This document shows positions 17,751 to 46,984 of a DNA stretch of 64,000 nt, in pieces. Position numbers and translations under genes: made by a program. Origin of the DNA: the human T2T-CHM13v2.0 reference genome, Homo sapiens. Below the pieces are notes generated by a model. The model did not search any database. It saw only the letters and a program-made list of their open reading frames with translations, and was not told the origin of the DNA. The number at the start of each line of letters is the position of its first letter. The stretch's first letter is position 1. Location of the stretch: assembly GCF_009914755.1 (NCBI RefSeq), contig NC_060926.1; one strand, given 5' to 3'.

Positions 17751-19492
17751 AGAAGACAAAAGAGTACAATGAACCCATATATAAATATCACCCAGCTTTT
17801 GAAGGATATAGTAACAGCTCCAGGACTAGAATTCCGTGGAACACAGTTTGGGAATCACCGTCCTAGGTCAATGTAAATGGCTCCTCCAGCATTTGATCAG
17901 AACACGGTAAGGGCCATCCAGGTAGTACCCAGGAGAAATCAGACCAGGTGCACAGAGGAAGCAGAGACAGTATACAGGGAGAGCAGAAGGGTCAGGAAAG
18001 CAGGCAAGGGAGAAACTCAGAGCTCCCGGGGGCGGCTGGCAGCAGTCTGGTTGCAGCCCTAGGGCATTCTTAGCCTAAGTCCCCTGGTGTGGACACTGCA
18101 AGGGACTACTCAGGTTCCCCTTCAAGAAAGGACTTGTCGAACCAGCTGGCTAGGAATGTTGCCAGCAGGTAGCCTCCAGGTGTCATTCTCTGTAGCACTG
18201 CCTTGGCTACAGAGAGCCACCTCGCCCTTACAGTCTCAGCCCATCTCAGCCCATCTGCTTCAGCGCATTAGCTTCAGAGGTCCCCTGCGGTGTTGGGGGT
18301 ACTGAGGGTGTCATTAAGCCTACATTGTCTAGGTTGACTTCTCCTTCTCCCCAATCCCACTTCCTTCTTCTGCTTCAATAGGAGTGAATTCAAGGGAACT
18401 CCTTAATAAATATCCTGCACATTAAACCTGTCTGATTTTGCTTCCAGGGAAACCTAAACTGACATGCCCTTTTTGCTTAAGGGATCCCAAGTGAGTCTTT
18501 GTTCCTTGCAATCTAAAGAGGATAATTAACACAGTCACCCAGCCAGTCACCATATTGGGGCTGGGATCACTTTTACACTGTACTTCCTTTACAGAAAACA
18601 TACAGACATTGGGACTAGAGAAAGAAAAAACACATGGGAGAGATTTTTAAATTGTATGCAGTATATCAGGGAAAGAGGTCAAAATGTACACACTAAGACC
18701 AATACTTAGGAAGAAAGAAAAACGCAGCTTGCTTTTTGTCTGGCAGTGCTTGGGTGCCCACACTGGCAGATGGGTAGTAAGTGAGCCGATTAAAGGAAAC
18801 TCAGTCTCTTCCTGTTTGAAGCAGTCTGCTAAGGCTTCACTCAGTCTCCCCGCAGAAATGCTTGGTCTTGAGTGATTCCTTCTCTCTCTCCTCCCCAGAA
18901 AGGTTCAAGGCTCAGGGGCTTCCTTGCTTCATGGCTGTCAGGAAGAAGAGGTTCTCCTGGCGCTTATCCTCTCCATCCTTGCTGCATCTGCCGCCAAATC
19001 CTCTGCTGCTGACACATCTCAGGGTCTGTTTTCTTGGCAGAGTCATGGAGGTGGGGGGCTCTTGATGAGTCAGACTTCCCCTTGACCTTCCTAACCTGGA
19101 AAATTCCCCAAGATCTAACTGCTACTTTCCCTAAATTCCTGGCTTGGACGGCCTTCCCTGGGGCCCTCTTCACAGAGCCAGTTCATTCCTGTGTGTTGAA
19201 ACCAGCCAGCCTTGCAAACTTAGCCTCAGGAAGTTTCTATGTTTTCCCGTGGGGCAGTATTATCTTAGCAGCTGGCACCAAAACTCTACTGAGGAAAGGA
19301 ATTGTCTTTGGGGATCAGCTGCTGGTAGTAGGAAAGGAGGCCCAAAAACCTCCTTTAGCCAGAATGAAGGAAGCAAGGAACATTGTTCTGCTGTACACTG
19401 AACAAGTACACTATTCTACTGGGGAGAAAGAGGAGAGTTGGTATTTCTCAAGGGAAAGAATTAAGAGAAGGAGAGAATCAGAAAGGGTACAG

Positions 19493-28352
<8,860 letters not shown>

Positions 28353-29197
28353 AATCAGGACCGAATTTAGGATGTCACCACCAAATCCCACTTTAAAGAG
28401 CTCGGTAATACTTCACACTTAAAAAAGGAAAGGTCAGGACAAATAAAAGAATGACCAGCCTTAACTCCGGGGCTGGTAATTTATGGAACTTATTACCTAA
28501 CGGTGTTGCACAGGCTGAAAATACAACTTTTCTAAGAAAGATGTGAATAATTGCAGTATACCACTCCTACAATGGGTTAATAAGAAAAACAAGAACGTTT
28601 GTAGGCATGTGGGTCTCTATTATCCTCAAGGTTAACTTCAAGGAGGAAAACCGCACCCGCTGATACAGTGTTTCTAGGAGCTCGACGAGAAAAGGCAAAC
28701 TGCGAGCCTTCTCGGGACGCCCTGTTCCCACCACAGCCCTTCACACAATGCGTCTAACAGCATTTAAGGAACACCCGCCACGCCAACGATCCTGCTGGAA
28801 CCGCCCAGTTCAGGGAACAGGGGACGACTGACCAGAAGGCAACCGCCCCCAACCTGAGCAAAGAGCGCTGGAAACCTATTCCCCCCTCCCCCTACACCCC
28901 CCCGCCCCCCGCTCCACTACGGGACCCTCGGCTCGAATTCTTTTAGTGCAGGACCACCTTAGGACTCAGCCTCCCTAAGGAGAGGAAAAGTGGGGGAGGG
29001 AAGGGGACTCTGGAGGAGCAAAAGCAAGAGGCCTGGGGGCGACTGGGGTGGGGCGTCTCCTAGAGCGAGGATTGCTGCAGAGTGCGCGTGCACGCCCGCA
29101 CATCCACACCCACGGCTACACATCATATCTGCACACGCACAAAACCACACACCCTCCCACGCCGGTCCCATATCCTTTCTGCGGGGTGAGCAGCAGA

Positions 29198-29206
29198 TTC
29201 CCGGAA
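29198..29206. promoter_or_regulatory. STAT GAS element in TMSB10 promoter
   Basis: TTCCCGGAA, a canonical TTCN3GAA palindrome about 280 bp upstream of the TSS. Confidence 0.5.
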
Positions 29207-29448
29207 AGGGGGAAATGTAGCCGCAAAAGCAAAGCCGGGGGCCTGGCGCCCACTCTGGCGGCGACTACAGCCCCCACGCTGGGCACACTGCGAGCTGGGG
29301 GTGCCCGGCGCGGGAGAAGCCGCGCCCAGCCGGGCTGGTAGCCCAGCGGGGGGCGCGGCAGGGCGAGGAGCAGCCCGCGCTGCTCCCGCCCCTCGGGTGC
29401 CAGCACCGCCCCTGCTGCGGCGGGTGAGGGGCGGGGCGGGGCGCGGCG

Positions 29449-29455
29449 TATATAA
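29449..29455 (+). promoter_or_regulatory. TMSB10: TATA box of TMSB10
   Basis: TATATAA about 30 nt upstream of the pyrimidine-rich start of exon 1, directly after GC boxes. Confidence 0.85.
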
Positions 29456-29479
29456 GGCTAGGGGCGGGCGCCGCTCTTT

Positions 29480-29543
29480 TGTTTCTTGCTGCAGCAACGC
29501 GAGTGGGAGCACCAGGATCTCGGGCTCGGAACGAGACTGCACG
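29480..29543 (+). other. TMSB10: TMSB10 exon 1 (non-coding 5'UTR; start approximate)
   Basis: Ends at donor ACG|GTGAGT (29544). Joining to acceptor CTAG|GATTG (29828) reconstructs the familiar leader ...GACTGCACGGATTGTTTTAAGAAAATG. Confidence 0.85.
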
Positions 29544-29827
29544 GTGAGTGCGGCGCCGGGGCGGGGGGCCCACCCAGGGTGTGGTCGGATCCGGTGCACC
29601 GGGCGGGCGCGCCGCAACCGCGACAGGCGCCCTTCTCGGACCGGACGCAGGGGCCGGCGACCACGCCCTGGGACCGAGAAGAGGGGTGCGGGACGCGCCC
29701 AGATCCTCGGCCTTGGGGCTGCTCGGCACGCCTTGGCGCGAGTGCCACGTCGAGAGGCGTCGGCGGGGAGCGCGGAAGGGGACGCTGGCCCCCAGGCCCA
29801 GGTCAAGCGCCTTGGTTTGCCCACTAG

Positions 29828-30248
<421 letters not shown>

Positions 30249-30475
30249 GATCCTGGAGGATTTCCTACCCCCGTCCTCTTCGAGACCCCAGTCGTGATGT
30301 GGAGGAAGAGCCACCTGCAAGATGGACACGAGCCACAAGCTGCACTGTGAACCTGGGCACTCCGCGCCGATGCCACCGGCCTGTGGGTCTCTGAAGGGAC
30401 CCCCCCCCAATCGGACTGCCAAATTCTCCGGTTTGCCCCGGGATATTATAGAAAATTATTTGTATGAATAATGAA

Positions 30476-30481
30476 AATAAA
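30476..30481 (+). terminator. TMSB10: TMSB10 polyadenylation signal
   Basis: AATAAA about 230 nt after the stop, preceded by TGTA and followed by GT/T-rich downstream sequence. Confidence 0.85.
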
Positions 30482-31453
30482 ACACACCTCGTGGCATGGC
30501 TGGCGTGGTCTGAGTCTTTTAGTTGAGTATGCGTGGGCAGTGCCACTGCAGCAAAGCCCCTCGATGGAGTAGAGTTCCTGCCGCAAAGGGGAGGAGGTGG
30601 GTCGCAGAATGGGCTGACTCGGAGGGAGTTTTTAATTTTGGCTTTACCTGCTTCTCCGTAAGATTTCATGACTTGTTAGCCACTTAACTCTTGCTCGTAA
30701 GCAATCTGTGTAAAATTTAACCCCACTTTGTCCCCAGGTTGCGTTGGAAAATGCTTTTTCAAAAGAGCAAGGTTTGCTTTTGATAAGCTTCGAAAGCCCC
30801 ACTGTTTCCCTCTGGCCTCCTCCTAGCTGACTCAGAAGGGAACACTGATTTTAAAGAAAGAAAAGACAATCTGGAATGTTGGAAATTGGGTGAGGTCACA
30901 AAGTCTCCGGAAGCCTTTCTTCGGGAGCTTAAAACAAAGGCGGGATCTAGGGATACAGCAACGGGAACGTCAGAACTAGAAGAACCAACACTAGAACTGG
31001 GGGAGGGGAGGGGGGAAGAGCTTTTGTCTTTTAACCCTAGTTCAGAACCTCCCACAAAAACATTAGCCATTAGAGGAAGTGCTAGACTGATCTGCTACCA
31101 CCCAGTGCTCAGCAGGAAGGGTGGGGATGTGGTGGGAGGGAGGAAGGGTGGGCTGGCGCTGGCGCTGGCGGCCAAGCTCCAAGGGATGACACCTCAAACC
31201 CACAGGGAAGGAATAGGACCAGCCCAAGGGGGCCTGACAGTTGGGAACCTGGGGCTGCAGGCCATTCAGAAGCAGAAGAAACAGGCTTATAAAGACAGGG
31301 GTGGAGTTTTCTTTAAGGAAGGTGGATAGGACACTGCTTAGAGATTCGTCCCACATTTTTGCCCGGCCCCAAGAGGCTGGGCACTGGGTGAAGACAGTTA
31401 ATTCGAATAAGATACGGTCCCTGTCCACGAGGAATTTAAAATCTGGTGAGTGA

Positions 31454-32098
<645 letters not shown>

Positions 32099-33004
32099 TA
32101 ATTGATATTGGTGACTCTCACAGTAGTCAGCACTTAGTAGACACTCATAAGTGCTCACTGAATTGTAACTGAAGTATCATATGGCCTCGCCTGCTCCAAC
32201 TTGGCTATGCTAAAGCCAAGCTGCTACCAGCCCTCCTCCCCCACTGTCTTGTTGGTTCTATTCTATTCTATGTACACATTGACAGGGCCCAAGCATGGTG
32301 AACTTGTGGAAGTTCAGGGAAGGCAAATACTTTCATTTCCCTCCCTGAGCCCAGTTCAGGATGAAATCCTACTGAAATAAGGGGAAGTACAGTTAACCTA
32401 CAATTGAAGCTATTGGTAGGAAGCCTATATTACCCAGATGACAACTATAGGTCTCAGCCAGCTAAAAGATTTTGGATATTGGGTTGCTGATTTCTGAGAA
32501 ATTCAGAAGCTGTGTTCCTGTTCCGCTTAATTCAACACGCTTTTTTTTAAGAACTCAGTGCCCATCATTGTACTAGGCCTGTGGAGGCTACAGAAGACAT
32601 GTGCCAACTAACTACACAAAAGGCAGAATAAAATAAATGCTAAAGAGAGATTTAAGTAAAACCCTCTGGGAAAGTAGACAAAGGAGTGGTTAACTCTGGG
32701 ACATGGTGCTGCTTCACGGAAGAGGAATCATTTGAAAGAAGACCTAGAGAAGTGAGAATGAGAGCAGGGCTTTCTCAATAGAAGGAGGAGCAAGGTATAG
32801 TGATACCACAGCATGTTCAGCAATGGGAAAGGTAAAGGTTCATTGAAAACAAAAGCACTTCAAAATTACCCTAGAAGGTAAGTAGGGTGTGGTTTTTCCT
32901 GTAGACAGTTGGAAACCACTGCAGATTTTGAGGGTTGGGGCAAAGTTATCTAAGATGTATGTGATAGCATGTGGAGGATGCTGTGGCTGATACAGATGGC
33001 TACG

Positions 33005-33990
33005 TACCCAACCACTACCACCACTGCCACCACCATCACTGCCATTAACACCATAACCACCACTGCCATCACAACCATCATCATTGCCACCACCATCACT
33101 GTGATCACTGCCATCACCATTGCCGCCACCAGCACCCATCACCATTACCACCATCACACCTCCACCACCACACCACTACCATTACCATCACCATGACCTT
33201 GCCACCACCTTTATCACCATCAACAGCACCACTATGACCACACCACCCCATCCCCATTGCCACCATCATTACCACCACCATCCCTATTGCCATCACCACC
33301 ACCATCACCATTGCAACCATCACCATCACCTCCACCATCACACCACCACTACCATTATCATCATCACCATTGCCACCACCATCACTACCATCACTACTAC
33401 CATCACCACCTCTACCATCACCATTGCCACCATCACACCTCAACCACCACACCACTACCATCACCATCACCAATGACCATTGCCACCACCTTTATCATCA
33501 CCATCAACAGCACCACTATCACCACACCACCCTGTCCCCATTGCCACCATCGTCACCACCACCATCCCTATTGCCACCACCACCACCATCACCATTGCCA
33601 CCATCACCATCATCTCCACCATCACACCACCACTACTATTATCATCATCACCATTGCCACCACCACCACTACTACCATCACCACCTCCACCATCACCATT
33701 GCCAACACCTTCACCATCACCACCACCACCACCATCCCTATTGCCGCCGCCACCACCATCACCATTGCCACCATCACCATCATCTCCACCATCACACCAC
33801 CACTACCATTATCATCATCACCATTGCCACCATCACTACTACCATCACCACCTCCACCATCGCCATTGCCAACATCTTCACCATCACCACCACCACCATC
33901 TTCACCATCACCACCACCACCACCACCATCACCATCACCACTACCAACAACAATAACGACATCAACACCAACACCCATACATCATCTTCT
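33005..33990. repeat. About 1 kb degenerate (CAC/CAT/ACC)n array with higher-order units
   Basis: Triplet periodicity. Recurring landmarks CACACCTCMACCACCACACC at 33155 and 33434, and ATCCCTATTGCC at 33280, 33564 and 33734. Confidence 0.97.
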
Positions 33991-34483
33991 TCTACCCTGC
34001 CTATGAACAATGGCCAATAGAAGACCAATATTATGCAGATATCAATCAATGAGCTTCAGAGGGCCCAGTGCAGGAAATGAGGCTTGAGTAGTATAAATTT
34101 AAGGCACTTTGGGGTTCAGCAATATAAAAATCTGTGAGGACATTTTGTTTTGGTTTGGTTGTCATAATAATTAGGGGACATTATTGGCAGTTCATAGGCA
34201 GAGACCAGAAATGTTTGACATTCTGAAATGCATAGAACAATCCTACACATCAAATATTTGTCTCATGCATGACTTTGTTTTAACTCTTTACTGTATTATA
34301 ACATATATATGGTGGCCAGGTGTGGTGGCCACACCTGTAATCCCAGCACTTTGGGAGTCCAAGATGGGCAGATAACTGAGGTCATGAGTTCGAGACCAGC
34401 CTGGCCAACATGGCGAAACCCCATCTCTACTTAAAATACAAAAATTAGCCAGGCATGGTGGTTGGTGCCTGTAATCCCAACTA

Positions 34484-34610
<127 letters not shown>

Positions 34611-36083
34611 TTAAAAACCATATATATAGAAAAATACACAGAACTGTACAGTTGGATGAATCTTTGCAAACTGAACACACCCTAATGCCTCTTCCCAGTC
34701 ATATAACTATATGTGTTCTAACAGCATGTATACATTTTGCCTGTTTTTGAATGTAATATAAATAGATGCATGACTTCTATTCATATAGGTAAAACATCTC
34801 TTTATATGAGTCCAGCAACAACTAATTTTGCCCAATTTTACTATAAACTTTATTTGCCAAGAATGAAAACTATCATGTAATAGAGGGATGCCTTTTTTTT
34901 TTTAACTTGCAGCTTCACTAAGAATTGATCACTATTGCAGAAAATCATTTCACTAATAGAAATATCCTCTTGGTTTCTGAATTTTTTCATACAACACAAT
35001 TGTATCATGTCCATCTGAAGCTGCTGGATCATGATAATATTACACATAAGTGAAAACATACATAAAGTGAAGACTACTTCTTTATATGCTAGAATATTGT
35101 TGTACCATCTTGTATTAGTCAGCTTTTGATAACTTATGCTGCAGTGACAAAAAACCCCAAAATCTCAATGGCTTAAAATAACACAAATCTATTTCTTGTT
35201 TACATTACACATCAGTTGCTGCTCTGCTCCTGTTCCACATGTCTTTTTCATTCTGACAGCCAGGCTAAAGGAGCAACCCCTATCTGAGACATGTTGTTGT
35301 TACGGCAAAGTCATGCGTCTTCTCAGACGTAGCACTTCCATTCATGTTACGTTGGTCAAAGAGGCAATGTAAATTACAAGTCATCAGGCTGGGATGTATA
35401 ATTCCATTGTGGGGAAAGCGGAAAATAATTAGAACTCATAATACAATTTGCTATATATATTAAAATGCATATACCTATTTTCTTTATAAATTACCTTTAT
35501 TTTACCTTTATATTCCGGTTAGGGCTTATATTTATGTTTTTAATGTGTGTGTAGGGGCAGGTTATATTATCTCTGATTTTCATTTCAGGAAAGAGGAGTG
35601 TTATAAAATACTTGATATGTAAGAAGGAGTTGGTTCTGAAGGGTTGGGAACCAGTGGTCTGAAGCAATCATGGTAATTCCATTATCTAAGAATAAGCATG
35701 GGTTGTGATCCAGGCCAAGGAGACCTCACAGGAAGCCTGTAAACAGGCTTCGTGGAAGATTTTGTTTCCTTTTTAAAACAGGCATAAGTACAAATGTGGT
35801 GATGTGAGAATGTGACATGTGAAAGATGACAGTCATCTGGGGGAAATGCTAACATCATGAGGGTGGCAAAGATTGAAAATGGAAAGAATCTAGGTAGTTG
35901 GTAAGCCCTTGAGCTGCTGAGTTTTCCTAAAAGTGCCTTATCTTTGAACTTTTTGTTATGTGAAACAATAAATATTTATTACATTTAGGAAGTCTATGGT
36001 TGGGTTTTCTGTTACTTATAGTCAAAGTATTCTAACAACGATCAGCTGGAAAGAGAAAAGTTTAACTGCAGAAAGTATTTCTG

Positions 36084-36395
<312 letters not shown>

Positions 36396-37369
36396 TTATA
36401 GTAGTTCAGACAAAAGGTAGGAAAAACTTTAATCAAGGAAAGACCCTCACATATTAGTATGATGGCAAATATCTAATAATCAGCTCAGTTCTGAGTAGAG
36501 GTGGGGAGGAGCTGATTTGTAGCTTTTGCTGATTTCCGCGGTGTAAATATTGCTAATTTCAAGCTGCCAACCGTTTAACAACCAACTTGCCTGCTTTCTG
36601 AAAATTTAACAATTGGCTCTTCGCAAGCTGCTGCCAGTTGGCTCCAGAACACCACTGACTATAGGGATAGGAAAGCAGGGCTGATATAAAAGATATTGCA
36701 GAGGGAGAATTAGCAAGACTTCGGATTATATGGGAAATTACAGAAATTGTAATCTGACAGATGAAAATAAATTTTTATTTATCTATGTGACTTCATTTTT
36801 CTGCTTTGAGTTTCAGAGGGGAAAACTGAAGCATTCTATAACCAGTGCATTTCCCAGAAAGTACGCAGAGAGACACAATACTGCTTTGGAGAGAGAGAAA
36901 GTGTTTTTTACAAGTTCCCAAGTGAGTATTATAAATTAGTTTTATTGCCAACATATTGTACGGAGAGACAATAAAACAAGGCCATAATAAAGTTGGTGCC
37001 TATGGTGATCCCGGTGAAGGGCAAGGTGAACTTACAAGATATCGCAGTATGATAGAAGCTGCATCAAGCAAAACCCAGGAAGCTAACACTGGGGGTGGTG
37101 TGGGTAGAAGCACAAAGTGAGAGAACAGCAGGCTGGACTGGTGGGAGTTAATGGCTAGTTAGGGCCAAACAAATTGAAGAAGCAATAAAATTATTAATTG
37201 ATCTATTGCTTTCTCCATTCATTCAACCACAATATATTAAGCATCTGCTAAGTACTGGGTCCTATGCTAGGTACTTGATCAGGATAAACAATATGGATTC
37301 TTTTTTTTTTTTGAGATGGAGTCTCACTCTGTTGCCCAGGCTGGAGTGAAGTGGTGCGATCTCAGCTGA

Positions 37370-37623
<254 letters not shown>

Positions 37624-38875
37624 TGATGAGATGACTCAGATTAATGACAAAATATGGGATCATGGAACTATGTGTCCTGGTTTAAAACTAAAAGGACACT
37701 AAGATGATTTTTTACCTCCCCTGTGAAATTCAGAAGACTGAGGTATCTGAGAGACAGCACTGTTGGCTCAGCCCTGGCTTTACTCTACATTTACTCTGAA
37801 GTCCTGTGGCATCCGTGTCTATTTCTTCAATATTACGTTGGTGTGCTTCGTAGAAGTCAACAAGATCAGAAGGACTATTGGTTAGAAGATAAAAACCACT
37901 GGCCCTACAAATGCTATTCAAGGTTGTCAAACAATCCATAGTTAGGAATTTATTCTATATTGTGGAAAAACCTTATTCTCTCAGAAGACAATGCTGCAGG
38001 GAAAAATGCCCACTCTTACATCAATGCAGCCCCAAGACCTTCATGGAAGCATCTGTAGCTAAAAAGAACCCATTCTTTGAGTCGCTTTGTTTGTCCAAAT
38101 GTTATCTCCTGCCAAGCTATCTCTTATTGTGTTTCCTGCTACTCAGATGTTCAGGTTTTTTGATCTGGCATGTTCTTAGGAAAAAAATGAGTGAGGTGTA
38201 TAATCGTATGATGAGGATTATTTGGTTTGTGACGAAAAAAGCAAAAGCAAAAACTCTATCCAACCTTGCTTAAGCAAAAAGGATTTATTTACTCACGTAT
38301 ATGGGAAGTCCATGGAGTAGGTTTTGCTTCAGGTGTGGCTGATGGAGATAGTTCAATGACGTCACAGGGACCTGGTTTTTCTTTCTCTATCTCTCAGCTC
38401 TGTATCTTCATCCTCAGGCTGACCCTCCCCTCATGGCGACATTATGGCTGCTGCAGCTCAAAAATTATATTCCTCCCAGGTGTAGAAGCGGCAGAAGAGA
38501 GAATTTCTCTTCATCCAGTTTGAACAAAAACCCTGGGCCTAACTTTCACTGGCCTGAATTAGGTCAAGTGCCCGCCCCGATCTAATCACATTGGCTAGGG
38601 AAAGGGAAGACAGAGATTGTTTCAAATCTAGGTCACATGCTATCATTTTTTAAAATCATGTTAAAATTGGCATCACCAATAACGGAATAAACCAACATTA
38701 CGTACTTCCTGATATGATACACTGAAATGAATTCAGCATCACATTCATGATACTGCTGACAAAAAATGCATAGCCTGAATCCAATCATGAGGAAACACCA
38801 GACAAACCCAATTTAAAGGACATTATATAAAACAACTGGCCTATATCCTTCAAAAATGTCAAGATTACAAAAGAC

Positions 38876-40538
<1,663 letters not shown>

Positions 40539-41299
40539 TTTTTTAAATAAGAATCCGAATATTTCATCATTCACAGAAAATAGATTTTTAAAAAAGAAAG
40601 AGTGGACTGGACACAGTGGCTCATGCCTGTAATCCCAGCACCTCGGGAGGCTGAGGCAGGTGGATCACTTGAGTCCAGGAGTTGGAGACCAGCATGGGCA
40701 ACATAGTGAGACACCCCCCGCCCACTGGCATCTCTACAAAAAATAGACAAAAATTAGCTGGCCATCTTGACACATGCCCATAGTTCTAGCTGCTTGGAAG
40801 ACTGAGGTAGAACGATCACTTGAACCTGGGAGGTGGTAGCTGCAGTGAGCCATGATCGCGTCACTCTACTTAGCCTGGGCAAGTAAGTGAAACCCTGTCT
40901 CCAAAGAGAGAGAGAGAGTAATATATAAGTAGTACTCAGTCCAACTCTGTGGAAGATCACGCATGTGGTCTAAACCAACAATGGATTTAACCTATCATGA
41001 AATTATTTTATCTTGTGCCCTAATTTTGAAGAAATAAATAAAAGCTAGTAAACTGGGCTATTCAGGAAACATTTACCTTTAGAACGATCCATTAAAGTGA
41101 ATAGAAAACCAAACCATGGACACAATAATAGTTACCGCTCACACAGTCTAGGCTGAAAGCCATGGTGCATGCAACCCAGCAACATGGCTTGGGGGCTGAG
41201 TAAGGAAGCTGAATTTCAGGGATTGTGTAAACAGGCCTTGGAATGTGTTGACATCAATAGTAATAGCTAAAGTGGTTCCTGAGTCCCCAAATTATTCGT

Positions 41300-41341
41300 T
41301 GGTTCTATCAGGGTTTTCCAGAGAAACAGAGCCAATAGGAG

Positions 41342-41382
<41 letters not shown>

Positions 41383-42348
41383 GTGAAAGAGATTTTAAGA
41401 AATTGGTGAAGTGCCGTTGTTGTTTTTGTCTGGGGTAAATACTTGGGGTTCCTCGTCTCATGCCAAGGACACGGACACACACAATGAGTGAGTTTAGGAG
41501 CCGAGGTTTACTAGGCAAAAGAAAGAGAAAGGAGAACAGCTCTCTATCTTGCGAGAGAGAGGGAATTCCAAATGGGAAATCTGGCCCAGAATGGGAGTGC
41601 TCCGCAGGCTTGCAGAGGTGGTGTCTGATTTGCGTAGGGCCCACAGATTGGTTGGACCAGGTGTGACGCTTACGTAGTGCTCAGGAAGGCTGGCCACCCC
41701 ATCCTAATCTTATTGTGAAAATGGGCTTTCCATTTGGTGGTCACCATGTTGTCTGCTCCTTACTGTACACATGGCTGGCAAAGAGAAGGGAAGGTGGAGC
41801 GCCATTTTGAATTTGCCTAGTTCCAGGTAACATTTTCCTATTGTCATAACTGCCAGCATTCACCCACGCAGGCTTCTGGCTTGCTTGTCTATGTCTGCAG
41901 CTCAATTTTACAGGCTGCTCTTTGTTAGAAAAGAAAATGATATGGGGGCTGCTTTTCATTAAAAGGAAAACCTTACCGAGGACTTCCTTCCCCTCACTCT
42001 CTGCCTAAATAATTTCTTTTTAACTCCTGTATCATTGGGTCAGATGATTGCAGGGGTTAACAAGTCTGAAATCCATAGGACAGGTCATCAAGATGGAAAT
42101 TCAAGCAGTTCTTCCATATTATAGTCGTAAGATAGAAGTCCTTCTTCTCAGAGAAACTGCAGTTTTTTCTCTGAAGACCTTAAACTGATTGGATGAGGTT
42201 CACCCACAAAGACTATCTCCTTTTCTTCAAGTCAACTAATTGAACATGTTAATTACATCTACAAAATGCCTTCACAACAATATCTAGACAGTGTTTGACC
42301 AAATAGCTGACACCATAGCCAAGTTCACACATAAAATTAACCATCACA
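41300..42348 (-). mobile_element. MLT2-type (ERVL) LTR containing (CA)n, split by the MER50-like LTR
   Basis: CAGGGTTTTCCAGAGAAACAGAGCCAATAGGA at the left end and AAAATTAACCATCACA at the right end. (CA)n at 41344-41378. Confidence 0.65.
41407..42034 (-). mobile_element. Solo ERV1 LTR (MER50-like) nested in an MLT2-type LTR
   Basis: Minus strand starts TGATACAGGAGTTAAAAAGAAATTATTTAGGCAG and ends CA, with a perfect 4-bp TSD TTGG (41403-41406 and 42035-42038). Confidence 0.7.
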
Positions 42349-42665
42349 CTGTTTGAGGTTTTTTTTTTTTTTTTCCATTTCATCTGCACAGGCACCTGGC
42401 TTCTAGCAGACATTTTCTCCTTGGATCTGGGCACCAGTACATCCCATGCCAGGCCTGGCCCACCACAAGGACCACTGAATGCAGAAGCCCAGCTCCCACT
42501 CCCACCCAGGGCCACGAAATGACACTAGGGATGGAAACTGATGTAGGATGGTGCAGCAGAAAGCATTAAGGTGACTGGGATCTCAGAGTTGCTATACCAG
42601 GCGTGGACTACTCCTTCCAGACATCTTTAATCTTTATCAGGAAGATGAATAAGCTTCTATTATGA

Positions 42666-42941
<276 letters not shown>

Positions 42942-42944
42942 TGA

Positions 42945-43244
<300 letters not shown>

Positions 43245-43547
43245 TAATCCATCCGCCTTGGCCTCCCAAAGTGCTGAGATTACAGGCGTGGGCCACCATG
43301 CCTGGCCAGACAGTCCAATATTTTTAAATCAGCCATAAATCTATGCACCGAATAATGTCTCTCTCTCTCTCTCTGACACATACACACATACACACATGCG
43401 CACGCGTGCACACCCACACATTGTTACCACTTAGAAGAGTGCCAGGCCCAGATGGTTTCACAGACGATTGCTTTCAAAGCTGCAAGAAAGCAATAACTTC
43501 AATACCTCAAAATTTGTTTCAGTAGTTAGAAAAGGACATATGCTTCC

Positions 43548-46769
<3,222 letters not shown>

Positions 46770-46920
46770 TTAGCTGGGTGTGGTGGCGGGCACCTGTAAT
46801 CCCAGCTTCTCAGGAGGCTAAGGCAGGAGGATTACCTGAGCCCAGGAGCTGGAGGCTTCATTGAGCCATGATCATGCCATAGCACTTCAGCCTGGGCAAC
46901 AGAGCAAGACCCTGTCTCAA

Positions 46921-46982
46921 AAAAAAGAAGGAAGGAAGGAAGAAAGGAGGGAGGGGAGGGAGGGGAGGGAGGGAGGGAGGGA
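46921..46982. repeat. Polypurine (GGAA/GGGA)n tract grown from an Alu tail
   Basis: Pure purine run GAAGGAAGG...GGGAGGGAGGGA. Confidence 0.85.
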
Positions 46983-46984
46983 TT

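Noticed and set aside
32840-34049. His-, Thr-, Pro- and Val-rich ORFs resembling histidine-rich proteins or mucins
   Set aside because: Direct translations of a triplet repeat in all frames, with no promoter, splice or signal-peptide context.
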